A stretch of 64,000 nt of DNA from contig JAMWBK010000007.1 of NCBI GenBank assembly GCA_029953675.1, positions 1,736,001-1,800,000 of the forward strand, written 5' to 3'. This DNA comes from Rhodosorus marinus CCMP1338 (taxonomy: Eukaryota; Plantae; Rhodophyta). A model generated the notes under the pieces. That model saw only the letters and a program-made list of their open reading frames with translations. It had not been told where the DNA came from and made no database searches. Shown one piece after another: positions 36,029-48,582 of the stretch. Within the stretch, counting starts at the first letter, position 1. Each line of letters starts with the position of its first letter. The translations under genes were made by a program, and so were the position numbers.

Positions 36029-38124
36029 ATGAAAGGGTTCGGGACGTCTTTTGGCGGTGGCGCAGGTGCTCCTGCTCCTGCTGCTGGTGGTGGTGGGTTA
36101 TTTGGATCTACCCCTTCACAAGCGCAACCGGGTGGGACAACATCGTTGTTCGGCACGCCAGCAGCAGCACCAGCTGCTGGTGGGTTGTTTTCCAGCCCCG
36201 CGTCATCATCTGGCGGGCTCTTCTCCACGCCAGCTCCGGCAGGCGGTGGACTGTTTTCAAACCCTGCATCTTCGTCTGGGGGACTTTTCTCGACACCCGC
36301 AGGGCCGGCCACTGGAAGCTTGTTCTCAACTCCTGCTCAACCCGCACGAGGAGGTGGACTCTTCTCAACCCCAGCCCAGGCGGGATCAGCTCCCTCGCTC
36401 TTCGGAAACGGAGGAGGAGGGACGGGACTCTTCGGAAGCACCACACAGACCCCACCTAAATCGTTGGGTGTCTCAGGGGGGTTTGCGCAGAGCACACCAG
36501 CAGGAGGAGGCTTGTTCTCTTCAGGTTACAACTTCAACCGATCTCCAACCACTCCTCAACAACTATCACCGATTCAACAGGCTCCAGCGACGTTTCCAGA
36601 GTCTACAAACTTTTCAGATCTTCCAGAGGTAAGATATCAAGCAACGCTCATCATGTAGGACGTCGCCTCGAAGCACTCGCGACGTAGATCTTCCACGACG
36701 ACAACTGTTCCAGACCTTTGGTGACACAAATTGGTGCGGCAATGCTGGCGATGAAGAACGACAGATGTGGTCTTATGCAAAAGCTTAAACACCGACCAAA
36801 TCCTCTCTGGGAGGATTGAGTTCCTTCATTAGAGAGCCAGAACCTTACAACCGCCCAAACCTTCACCAGGAGGATCTCTTCTTTCTTCGTAGAGTCTGTG
36901 CAACGATGAGATCTATCAGTTGAACTGAATCGGTTGTTGTATTGCCTCCGATCAAAAAAGACCAGCGATCTCATTAGCCTACATCGTCAGCTATGCTTTT
37001 CGCCGTTCACCGAAGAGATTTGATGGATTGGCTGTTTGCCTCTGGATTGTTCTTTGCTGTCTTTGGCTTTTATCTCCTTCTCATATACGGCTCTCTTGTG
37101 GATTGGACAGGACTTCAAGGTGAAGTTGTTGGCGCTGGAAAAATACATCAAGGAGCAGCGTTTGGCGAGTGCGAGGCTTCGTCAGAGGCTTGAGACATCG
37201 GAGACATCTCTAAGCAGTGTCAAGGATCAGTGCGATAGTGTTTCGAGGTTGATTGCCAAGGCGAAAAACGCGCTGGATTCCGACAAGCTCCAGGCCGAGC
37301 AGCTCAAAGTCGATGTCAGGTCCGAGCTGAAGAACGCGGAGACCGCGACCGTGACGTTTGAAAGTGCTAGGTCAAATCCTGGAACAAACGCCAAACTCGT
37401 ACAATACATCATGCCGTTCTTCTTCACGACGATTCAGGAACTGGAGTTCAGAGGGAATAACTACAAGCGACACATTGAAGAAGTAGGACCGTCCAATCTC
37501 CCCCCTGAGTCTAATTTAGGCTAGCACAAAAAAGCAAGTCTTCTAAGAGGATGAAGCTTACTGTTTACCCCTCCAAATTTCTAGGTCGAGGACTACTTGC
37601 GAAGTCAACAACCTGCGAAACCCAAGACGCAAATAGTAGAGGACATTTTGCAGCGGCTGCACGACTATTTTCTAGCGGTAGCTTCACAAATGGGCGCACA
37701 GCACGACACTGTACAAGAACTCAAGGACGACTACCTGGCTCAGTTGAGGCATAGGATCCCCGACGCTGTAGATCCGTTTGAGGAGGCGGCGAAGAAAGAG
37801 GCTGCAACGAAGCTCAAAGAAAGAAGTGCAGCTCTAATGGCCACAGAGCAAGCGATGAAAGCTTTCCAGGCTCAAGTAGGTTTGCTTTAACCGCGAGTTT
37901 CTTATAACTATTGAATCCCAAGGGGTTTGGGCAATCTTCTGATACGGGCAAGTATTATTCTCCTACCCGCTCGGCAGGCACAGCCGAATCAAGCCGCGTC
38001 ACCGACCCAGTTGCAGATGGCCACTCCAGCCACAGGTGGACTACTCAACCCGGTACCAACTCCGACGACCAACCTTTCGCTGGACATACCCGGTGATAGG
38101 GATGCGCTGAGAAGAAAAAGATGA
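36029..38124 (+). CDS. NUP58: Central-channel nucleoporin Nup58/Nup49-like; exons 36029-36628, 37111-37482, 37585-37875, 37978-38124; 469 aa
   Basis: N-terminal G/S-L-F-G/S repeats, TNFSDLPE, coiled coils, HDYFLAVASQMGAQHDTVQELKDDYL..DPFEEA. Confidence 0.82.
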
Positions 38125-38624
38125 TGAAACCCAGCCTCAGGCTAGACATCCATCCATTGTCACGTCGGAAAAGATCACGACACGAGCAAATACTGCTCTC
38201 ACCAGCTGGAACTGCTCGTTGACCGGGCATTTGCAAACCTCAGAGCAGAACGCTGAGCAAAACAGGGACTATTGTGAAGCAATGGTTTTCTCCTTTCTGT
38301 TTTATTGCTACTGCTTTCAGAAGGAGCAGTTTTGCTCACCGCTTTCAAGGACGAGCGGGGCGCTCCGGCGTCTATATAGCCGGAACCTGTGAACAAGCCC
38401 TCATTGGGACCGGCTAAGATTAATATCATAGTTTGCTGCTCTTTCGTCGTGATAGGAGATACAACCAGTACGCAGGGGACCGCGCTCTCTGGGTTCTTCA
38501 CAAAATATAAGAAAATAAAACGAGGGCTTCTCATAGTCGACTAAGCGCGCACAAAGCGGGCCTCGTCGCTTGGTTTGCCATTTCGGAGTCACATGGAAAT
38601 GATCGCTGCACGTTGGCATAGTGG

Positions 38625-40535
38625 TTACGCCTTCTGCTCTGGTTCTGGATAAACCCACTTGGCTGGCTTGATTGCGTCTCGAATGTCCTGCTCAGTTATC
38701 TTGATTCTATCGTTGAGCTTCTTCCTGACCGGTTCTTCAAACCAGGTGTGGCTTGCCACCTGATCCAATGTTGCTCGTTTCGTCGGCTCTTTGGTGAGCA
38801 TCATCTTCAAAAGGTCTTTCAGTTTGAGACTGACACGGGGAGACTAGGGCAGGAGAAGAAAGACAGTTTTTGCCGTTAGTATCGAGAGAATAAGACAGGA
38901 AAATTAAAAACCGGTCCGCGGAGAAATAGGGAGTTCTGGAGATTCAGGGCATTCCTACCGAAGGAAACTGCAGCTTCTCGGTGCAAATAACGTCGTACAG
39001 TTTGAACACAGAGGAAGCGATGAAGGGAGCCCTCCCGTAGACCATGTAATAAATAGTTGCACCCAAGCTCCACACATCTGCGGAGTAGTTCTCTGGAGGC
39101 GGCTTTGGGCTCTTGTCTGACATGCAAAACTCGGGAGCAAGAAATGCTGGAGTTCCAGGCGCAGTAGGCTTGCCCTTGCTATCTAGGTCGTTCACATCGT
39201 ACATCCTTGCTTCGCCAAAGTCACCTAGCTTGACCGTGCCATCCCCGGATCGCAAAAGATTGTCCGGCTTGATGTCCCTGTGCACGACACGCTGTGCGTG
39301 AAGATACATCAACCCCGCGACGACGTCTTTCATGATTTCCTTTACAGCCTCTTCCGACAGCTTCTTCTCATCCTGAAGCTTGCTGCTGTCGAGGACAACT
39401 CCACGTGCCATGTACTCAACAAGAAGGACTACTCTGTCGGTCTCCTCGTCGAACAGTACGTCTCGGTGTTTGACAATGTTCGGATGTCTGAGCTTTCTCA
39501 GGATCGCTACTTCAGTCTTGTTGGATTCTGAGAGGAACGATGACTTCCTCGACTTGTTCATGATCTTGGCCGCGTAGAACCGCTTATCCAAGGTAGAAAT
39601 CGCCAATTTTACCTTTGCAAACGATCCTCGTCCAATACCTTTTAATGAGAAAACACGTCGCTGCAAAGTCAGCAAAACCCAAAAAGCAAGACCCAAAATA
39701 TAACCGGGCTGGTAGCAAGGTACAGCAAATCTTACCGCCCAGCAAAATATATTCATTTACCCGCTTCCTCGTGGACATTGGCTTTCCCTGCCAAGAATCC
39801 TTCAGCGGATCGTACTGAAGTCTTTCCTCCAGGATCTATTGAGCGGATTAGGAAACGGAACTGTGTGAGTAGAAGGAATTAACTCAACTAGCGCGAGATC
39901 AGCGCTGTGCTCACGGTATTGCCCATGAATACTCTGGTATCCCGTGGTACCAGACAGGAAAGCCCGGTAAGCCAGAGTTTCACTTCACGTGGGTTTGATA
40001 GGTTCAGAACCACTCTTTGACGATCTAGCTGGAACGCGATGCTGTTTCCCTCGCTCCTGAGTGTTCTACACTTGGTCAGGTTTATCCTGCTGTTTTGGTC
40101 GGGTCTGCGCTTGGATTTGGACATTAGCGAAGCGAGGTCCTCTCCCAACCATATCCACTTCTCTGAGATCATGCGAAACAGCCTCTTCTTTTTCTGTGCA
40201 CGAGTGCCCCGTAACAGCTCCACAACACAGTCCAGAACCGATTTTCCGGGTACGCTGGAGGCTTTTGCCATTGCATTTTCAGTCGCCGATGCCATTGGAA
40301 CTTTTTCCTCTTCCACAAGCTCATTCACAGTGGGAAAAAACAAAGTGTCGCCTTCGGCATCGTACTCCGATTCCACGCTTAGCCAAGAATCTGCCGACAA
40401 CTTCGAAAACGAGTCGTCCCTTGGTATCTCCTCCTCCTCAGCATCCGAATCCTCCACATCATCCTCTTCCAAGTACTCATCTGCCATAACCCCCAAATCA
40501 TCAACAACCTTCGTCCCATCGCCGTAGCTAGCCAT
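38625..40535 (-). CDS. Ser/Thr kinase, CaMKK/SnAK(GRIK)-like, with an N-terminal acidic region and PH-like domain; exons 40535-39915, 39835-39736, 39638-38959, 38843-38625; ~539 aa
   Basis: NEYILLG|GIGRGSFAKVKLA, AAKIM, HRDIKPDNLL, DFG, GTPAFLAPE, DVWSLG. The 3' end could instead splice to a stop at 38531. Confidence 0.88.
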
Positions 40536-42561
40536 ATTTAATCGATAAAAGCTTCCTCAACGGGACACACCCAGCCCAACGCACATTCAACCCTAAAGCT
40601 CCAAGAACAACGTTCAACCTGCACTCAAACAAAAAAGAACAAACCGGCTACACAACAACGAAACTCAAGAAAACAAAAAAAACCCTCAACCGAGTACCTC
40701 TCCAAACAGAAACACGTACACAGCCCAAAAGAAACTGCGTTCTTTTCTCCCGGTCCTCACACACAACACCGAGAAGTCAGGCTAAAGCAAAAAAAAACAA
40801 CCAATTCCCGCACACCAACTTCAGCCTTCTTCAACCACTCCAAACAGCAGGACAGACACAGCCCTTCCCCTCCGCAATCCAATTTTCTCTTCTTCTCCCT
40901 CTCAACCCACCTCTCCCTTCCAATCCACTTCCCCTCCTCCCAATCCCCTTCCTCCCTCCCTCCCTCCCCATCCCTCCCAACCAACTTAACCTCCCTTCCC
41001 CCTCCCCCAAACCGACATCTCTATATCTCCTTTTTCCTCATAATCCGCCCTCTCAAAAACAAGCCGAACTAAACTTAAATTCCGAAAGAGACAACCCATT
41101 ATTCCTTCCTTTTTTATATATATAATTTACCAATATCCATCCCTCAACACCCAAAAGCTTCCTTTCATATTTATAAACTTATGAATATTTTACCCCTTAC
41201 AAAACAATTGCTTCCTAATTTTTCTTATTTCTCTACATTACTGAACTAAAATGAGTATTTTTAAATATTATTGCATTAACATATGTATATAAAAATTAAA
41301 GGATTGTAAAAAGTAGTCAATCAAAATAAGTAAACTAGTCGTTATTACTAAGATTTTGTTTTATAAATATGGGATATTCAGTCAACTACGCACTGAACGA
41401 GAAATATATATATTTCTCTGCCTCTCTTGTCCGCCCCTGGGTTTCTTGCTTAGTGTGGTGAGCCTCGCGGGGATTAGATTCATCGTTTTAATTTTGAAGG
41501 TATGTTTTCTTTGGAGAGTTTGCTGTCGGGAGAGGCTTTTTTTTTAGTGCCAAGCAACCCCTTGGATGGGGAATTTGTCCGGATTGCTTCTTCGGGGATT
41601 GTTTGGGCTAAATCTTGTTTTGTAATTGTATCAAGAATATATTCTTTTCGAATTTATTGGAATTCGATTATATACTAATTTATATTTTGATGCTTTTTTG
41701 CAGATGTACATTTAGTACTTGTATTTGATTTGGTCGGGGTTGGGATTGGGGCTGGCTGTCAGCTTTTGGTTGCGTAGGAGAAACTGAGGTTGAAAGCACC
41801 CAACAGGCATTTTGGAACAGACGAAAGGAGTCTGTCTATAGATGAGCTTAGGGATAATTCGTTTGGTATTCTCAACTCTGGATGCAAGCAGCGGAGGAGC
41901 TTTTCCCGCAAACGCCAGGAAGTGGTGAACTTGCCGAAACGAGAAAAAAAAAACCAAAAGAGGAGAAGTGAGAGTGGGCGTTCGAAGGTCGTTTCTAGGG
42001 ATCTTTCTGGCTGCATTGGTTCGCCCATCTGGTGCCATTGGCTATTGAGAAATCTCCATCGTTTCCCACAGCGGTCTCCGTGAATACAGAGTCCGATAAC
42101 ACAATGCGAAGCTATCGATAGGATACATTTTATACTGACAAGGCTTCTCAGCGTTGTCGGGACGAGCTTCCACAGCGACCACCCCAAAACCAGCCCCACA
42201 AGGTTCGCTGAGGAGAACGTTGGAGTGCAAAATAATGAAAACTATGCCGAATATTTGTCTAAATTATTCTAAATTTATCATCAGCAGACCCCTAATATGA
42301 TGCTCTGAACTACTTCCTATACAACAAAAAACATTTATGAGCCATGTCAGATGTTGAACGGGAAACTCAGGGGTCTCTATTTTGGATTTTGGGGTACACT
42401 ATTTCCTTTTTTGGGGAGCCCCACCATTCAACGTTCCTGTTTGCTTCAAGCGGGTTGGGAGTCGAGTTGGTGGAGAGGGTGGGAAAGGAGGCAGCAGTAG
42501 TATAGACCTTTTTGTTTTTGGTTTGGGAGAGAATTGGGAACAACAACTGGAGTATTTGGAG

Positions 42562-43254
42562 ATGGCTGGAAGAATACCTGGTAGATCCGTTGTAACCAAG
42601 GAGGAGGATGCTGGGGAGCTTCGGTTAGGAAAGGAGTTTGATCCCAAGGTGGCTACGGCGTTGATGATCTGCGAGGCGCACGCCTTGCTTCAGGAGAAGC
42701 TACAGAAGGGAGACGTGAGCGATGATATGGACAGGTAAGCGGATAGAAGTTCGATAAAAATTTTATTTGTCGGGCTTATTCGTTTTTCTTGCGAGTTTTG
42801 TTCGTCTCCTGGGAGGGAGCCACTGGCCGCTGACGGATCGATGGAGCACGTATTGATCAGCTTGGACTTTCTGCTTGACGACTTGGACAGTGTTTTCAGG
42901 CGAAGCCTGGCGTATACGGAGAAGTTTGATAGGGTTCGAGAGCTGGAAAATACGCAGGCGATTCGCGAGAGACTTGATAGGCAGAGGGAGTTACACCCTT
43001 ATGAAAGAGCTCAACTCGTAAACCTGTTACCCGACACCGTGAGCACAAGTCAATACAAGTTCTGCGCTTACGGCATTATTTATTCTTTTCCTGCGAGTAC
43101 AGGAATATTCTGCTTAACAACACAATCATCAACACGTTCTTCTTCTCAATAGGCGGAGGAAGCAAAGTCGATTATCCCCAGTTTGCAGGAAAAGGTCAAC
43201 GAAGATCAGCTCAACCACCTCCTGCAGGACTTGGCTAGCTTCACACAGGGCTAG
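42562..43254 (+). CDS. RPB4: RNA polymerase II subunit RPB4; exons 42562-42734, 42891-43038, 43153-43254; 140 aa
   Basis: EEDAGELRLGKEF, ALMICEA, LHPYERAQLVNLLPDTAEEAKSIIPSL. Confidence 0.92.
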
Positions 43255-43472
43255 GTTGGGTCGAGTAACTCTCCTCTAACCGAAACATCACCTTTGTATA
43301 GTAAAGCAGACAAGACTTTTTTGTTCAATCCACCAACGCTTGCTCTTCTTCGTCAGCCAAGCACCTGCTCCAAACGAAAACCATCGCGGGGAGCTGAATC
43401 CGAAAGCTGGATTTCGTTTCAAGACATGCGGAATGCAGTGATAAAACCCAGAATATTCAGCAGCTGTTTCAT

Positions 43473-43999
43473 CTACTCGACAACTGTGCTCTCCACCTCA
43501 ATCGGAGTATTTCGGACATTCCACTTCTGTCCATCAGCCTTCCATCGCTGTTGTCTAGCCGGTACTATCCTCGGGTCCCGGGATTCCTTCCCTATGGCGA
43601 CTATACCGTCACCGGCTTTTGCAGTTAACGTCTTCTTGCCCTCCATCCTCCTTACAGCTTTGGGAACATCCTCGTTCCGAACCCTTTCAATTCGCACCAT
43701 CTTAATCGCGTCCTTAAGGCGACCCCAGTGCTCCTTTCTGTCCTCGAGGACCAAGATTTGTTGTGTCTTAGTGAACCCAAGAGCCTAAAAGTCAAAGCGA
43801 ACGCAAAATCGCGAATTGCTTGTTTTTTTTTTCAGAACGCTGAAACAAGATTTAACACATGGTCATGTAGATATACATCGTCTACGCCTACCTGGCACGC
43901 CTTCTTCTCAGTAGGATTTTTTCTGAGCATACTTCGAATCCGTTGGACTACCAACTTCGTATCCTTCAGCGCCAGATACTTTCCATATCCGCTCACCAT
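43473..43999 (-). CDS. MRPL30: Ribosomal protein uL30 family (probably mitochondrial) with a C-terminal extension; exons 43999-43892, 43784-43473; 139 aa
   Basis: KLVVQRIRS..KKACQ|ALGFTKTQQILVLED..GRLKDAIKMVRIE follows the uL30 pattern (LKITLVRS..LxALGL+KxxQTVxxED..GMIxKVxHLVKVE). Confidence 0.7.
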
Positions 44000-44816
44000 G
44001 ATGTGATTTGAGATCGCGTAGCAAAGAGCTGAACGACTACTTCAGCAAGGATCAGGGCTCCCCCACCGGCTGGCGAAGCGAGAACCACAATTCAATATAA
44101 ACAGAAGAAACTAGAAAATAATATGCACTTTTTCGCTCGCTCAGTGGTCTCCCTACAAACCTTTCTAGCTTAGTTGCAACAAAGTGCCCCATTTTCGTGA
44201 GGCCTCACCAGCCAGTCGGTCCTCTTCATCAACCACACCGACGTCGTGGAGCGTTGACCACTTGACCTTTGATGAAAATACCTTTTTGCTTGGGTTGCTC
44301 GTCTAAACGGAGGTTTCGGAAAGATTATCAAACAGTCTCTATTCCAGCGCTAGGTAGGATCCGATCGAGGGCTTCGACCAAAACGATTGTGGTATCCGCA
44401 CCAGCCCCCCCGCCCCCTCCACTACCTCAGGGTTGGATAACCTCACGACCTCTGACTTGCGGGAGACGAGTACAGTGGATAACCAGAATTTTTACGTATA
44501 TAATACAGAAATAGCTTTCTAGAGGAACCGGAAAGCTCACAAGAACCTCACTTCTATGGCTCATTCCCTCTTCGAACTAAACGAATGCCCACCGACACAC
44601 AATCCCCCCGATGGGGAAAGAAAACAAAATATTTTTAGGCCACAGCCTGTTCTCTTCCGGAAGGACAGCTTGTCACATATTCAAAACGCCACCTGTCCAA
44701 TTCCTACATTGACAGCCTGTCCTAACTTTTTCACGACGTAAGAAAAATTCGTTGTTCTCGTTTTTTCGAAATAAAACAAAGCTGGTTTTTCCGGGCTGCT
44801 ATAAAACCTTCAAAAA

Positions 44817-44837
44817 TTGGCGCGTTTTCGCGCCAAA
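44817..44837. promoter_or_regulatory. Overlapping E2F-type sites, TTTCGCGCCAAA, inside an 8-bp inverted repeat
   Basis: ttggcgcg-tttt-cgcgccaaa matches TTTSSCGC on both strands; it lies in the divergent uL30/WD40 spacer. Confidence 0.55.
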
Positions 44838-45355
44838 CCTGCACAATATCCTGAATATCGGAAGATATTAACTCCTTTTGGGGTCTCTTTCAAAAAAACG
44901 TTTGAAAAAAAAGAGGAAAGGGGTGTCCCATTCATTTATAATGTTTTTAGGTATTAATTTACAAGTTTCCATTTGTTGCGTTGGCGTTGGGATGTTTTTG
45001 GGACAAAAGTTTGGGACAGGTAAGGGGTTTAAATTATTACTATTATTTTAGAGGCTTTGGGGAGGATTTTGGAGGAGATTTTAGTCACCCTGAAGTGCTT
45101 AATGTGAGCGATGATTTAGTTGGAATAGTTTTTTCGGGGAACTTGACTGGACTTGGAGAGGGTTTGGGAGCGCTATAGTAGATCTAGGGGGAGGGGGATG
45201 GATTGATCTGAATGGATGTTTGGGTAAGGTAGATGAAGTCGGATGCGAAGGTATTTGGATTGGGAGATCTGGATAGGATTTGGTGAAGGTCGCTTGTCCT
45301 GGGAGGACAGGTTGAGTTTTTTGGAAGTAGTGGGGGGGGTGATGCTTGAGGATCT

Positions 45356-47181
45356 ATGGTGAGGGAGGACGTGGGTAAGCTGGGGCTGATTAGCCCTAGT
45401 GGAAAGCGGACGTATGCAGGGGGTTCTAGATGTGAGGAGGAGTTCAGCGATGACGATACTGCGGCGAAGAGTTCGAAGAGTGGGAGGTCGCGGGGCCCGT
45501 ACGACTGGTCAATATACGAGAAGCTTCGGAAGAGGGAGGCCAACCAGTTGGAAGCGAGTAAGTTCTTCCTCTATTCGGTGAAGGAGAAATTTCTTCAGTC
45601 CAAACTGCAGGTGGGGAGTGTGGAGAACGACTTGAACCCGTTGCGACTGCTGGGCACTGATGATGTTCCCTGCCTATCCTCCAACAGGTCGAAATAGATA
45701 CCTTCGATCCAGAGAGTCCAGAGATCAAGATGCCGTTTCAGAGAACGAGAAGTAAAGTGACAGAGATTGTCGCATCCTCGAATCTTATTTTCACCCTCAC
45801 GAAGACTGGCGTTTGCATCGCATTTGACAGAGGTACGAGGAATCTATTCACTCCCAAAAAACCCGCTCCAACGCATGGTCATCCCATCCCTGCGTCTCCT
45901 GCCGCTAAAATCGGTGATCGCATACTTGATGCAGATAAACTCAAGCGTATTTGCTTCCTCAACGCCACCGACGACGAGGTAATCCGATCGCTGTTCTTGA
46001 ACAAGGTGAACAACTCGATCATCACTGTCTCAGTCTTCCGAGAAGACAACTTTTCCTCGCTTCGGTGTCGCAGCACGCATTTGCAATACGTACGAAAAAA
46101 GGAAACGAACGCTGGCTTCGCTCTCTTCGAGTCCGAATCTCTTCGATGGCCTGGTAAGGAGACGCACGCACGCACGCCAAGCCCCCGCAAGAATACAGGA
46201 ACTCACAGAAACAACTAACTATTGGCTCCTTTGGTCCTGTGGTCCCTGCCCGTTCATCCATTCCATTGAACAGGCTTTGTAGAGTTTGATGACCTGAACA
46301 GCAAGGTCTTGACGTTCTCTTCGGAGAAGAACGAGTACAAGATTTGGGGCCTGGCCAACTACGAGCATCTCTATACCATCACAGACTCTCGGATCCAGGA
46401 GATCAAGGTTAGCCCCAATATCCTCCTGCTGATATTCTCCCGATCTCATGGAGGGGGCTACGTTCCCTTACGGATACTGGACGTTGAGACTGGCAAGGTC
46501 CTCCGCGATTTCAAGCATCTGCTTCATCGGCATAAGAAGATCGACTTCATGGAGCAGTTCAACGAGAAGCTGTTGATCAAACAGGAGCGGGAAAACCTGC
46601 AGATTGTCGACGTGAACACCTCTAGAGTGGTCGAGGTTGAACGTTCACACTTCCTAACCCCCAATGCGTTCATCTTTTTGTACGATACTCAACTTTTCAT
46701 GACCTTTCGAAACCGATCGGTAACCGCGTGGAATTTTCACGGCGAGCTGGTCACTAAGTTTGACGACCACGAACTCTGGCCTATTGACGATCAATCAGAA
46801 GCGCATACAAGCAACAACAACATTCACCTCAGCCAACAGGTGCGCTTTCTCAAACCATTCAACTGGCAGTAGCGACGGCTGAAACATCTAATCTGTTCCC
46901 GCTCTCCCTCTCTCTCCGCATCGCCAAAACTTCGTCAGGATCTTATTATAAGCTACTGCAAAAACTACGATTGCAAGCACGCGAACGTCGATGACGCTCA
47001 TGGCTCGATCAACATCTCGTCCATATCAACCGGCAAGTGCATGGCGAAGATCTCCTGTGACAGCGAATCCCTCCAACACCGGCACGCCCTCAAAGGGGTC
47101 TCAGCTCTGTACTACAACGAGGACCGAAATGAGATCTACACGGGAAACAGATCGGGAACGGTGTGCATATGGTCAAGCTAA
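45356..47181 (+). CDS. Conserved uncharacterised WD40-like beta-propeller protein; exons 45356-45610, 45688-45832, 45935-46153, 46274-46839, 46939-47181; 475 aa
   Basis: RICFLNATDDEVIRSLFLNK, LFESESLRWPGFVEFDD, IDFMEQFNEKLLIKQE and NEIYTGNRSGTVCIWS resemble a plant family of unknown function. Confidence 0.85.
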
Positions 47182-48500
47182 GCAGAGGACACAGACAAAC
47201 CAAGAAGAAAGCCACTTGCTGTCGAAGGCACGGCAGCTTCGTTACCACAAGGAAAGACTGGCTCCTCCTTTTCAGCTCGGAATTTATGTAAATTGAAAAT
47301 AAAAGAGTCCTATTCGTACTTTTTGTCTATTGTTCCCAAATTTAGAATATTATCCCAGTATTAGAAGTACCGGGTTTGAATCTGACACGTCCAAAGTTTG
47401 AACTTTTGAAAACATATTCTGCAATTATTTTGTTTTATTAGATTCACTTTGTGGTAGTGATATTTATCACCCCCTCGGTTGATTCGAAATAGGTCCTTAA
47501 TTAAGATTCTCCTGTCTTGTCTCGTGTGTGGTTGCTCTTTGCTGATGGTTTCCGTGGAGGGAAGGGGAGGCGTTGCAATGTTGAACAGCTTTATGTCCAC
47601 TCGCAATGGCTCGGACTAGAATCTTCTCAAACTGCCGCTATTCTACAGAAGATTACCTGCTTGACAACCCCCCCTTCCTCCCTTCCCCTCCAGCGAACTA
47701 GAAGCCTATGCATTGCTTAGAGCTCACCCACTCTCACTTTGCGTGGAGATGGAGAGTCATCCTCCATATTCCAGAGATCATAAGCAGAATACTTTCAATA
47801 TCTTAGAACAGATACCGCAAGCTAACTGATCCAGCAAAAGCACTACTCTATCGATCCGGGCCGAACCTCAATGGACGCGTGGCTGAAAAAAGAAGCCGTT
47901 GTGGAAGGGGGATCAAAGGGCTTGAATCCAGACCCATTCTGGCACCTAACATCCTCTCTCGCCCCCCCCCACCCAAAAAAAGGAACTGATCTGAGTAGCA
48001 ATCATATCAGTCCAGGGGATGACTCCAGCCAGCGCCAAGTTGCGCCAGCTAAAACAGACCCAGAGCAGGGAAACTTTCAGTATCCCCAACCCCGCCCGAT
48101 GAATGAAAGTCTCCAAAGTCAGCCTTTCTCCAAGACAGATTGGATCGATGAGAGAAATCTTTTTTAAGAGATATGAAAGATCATCTCTCCAGTAGATAGG
48201 GTCGTTTTTCCTTCACATCCAGTAGACTCTCCTTGTCCCCCTCCCACTTCCCTATCCCGAACTGTTCCCGTTACGAGTGAACAGATATATGTCTCATTGT
48301 GAGCTTAATATGAAAAAGAGGGCTGGAGAGGTTGGGGAAGGGGACGGGAGGAGGAAGAAGAAGACTAGCTATCCTGTTGGAAAAACCTCAAGACGGACAG
48401 AAATCTGATGAAGATATATTGTACCTGTTGGAGGACTCCGCAACTTATGATTATTATATCTTTGTGACTTTTTCTCTCTTTGGAAGCATTTTTGAGAGGT

Positions 48501-48539
48501 GGGTTTGGGTGGGGGGCGGGTGGGGGGGGCGGGGCGGGG
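48501..48539 (+). other. G-quadruplex-forming tract ~45 nt upstream of the CURT1-like ATG
   Basis: GGG TTT GGG T GGGGGG C GGG T G8 C GGGG C GGGG: seven G-runs with 1-3 nt loops. Confidence 0.7.
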
Positions 48540-48582
48540 TGTGTGTTTGGAAACACGGCGCTTCCGAAGGAGAAAGAAGAGT

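Noticed and set aside
47871-48167. 98-aa ORF MDAWLKKE.., and ORFs at 51709-52050 and 52980-53279
   Set aside because: No recognisable motifs or splice support; coding status cannot be supported from sequence alone.
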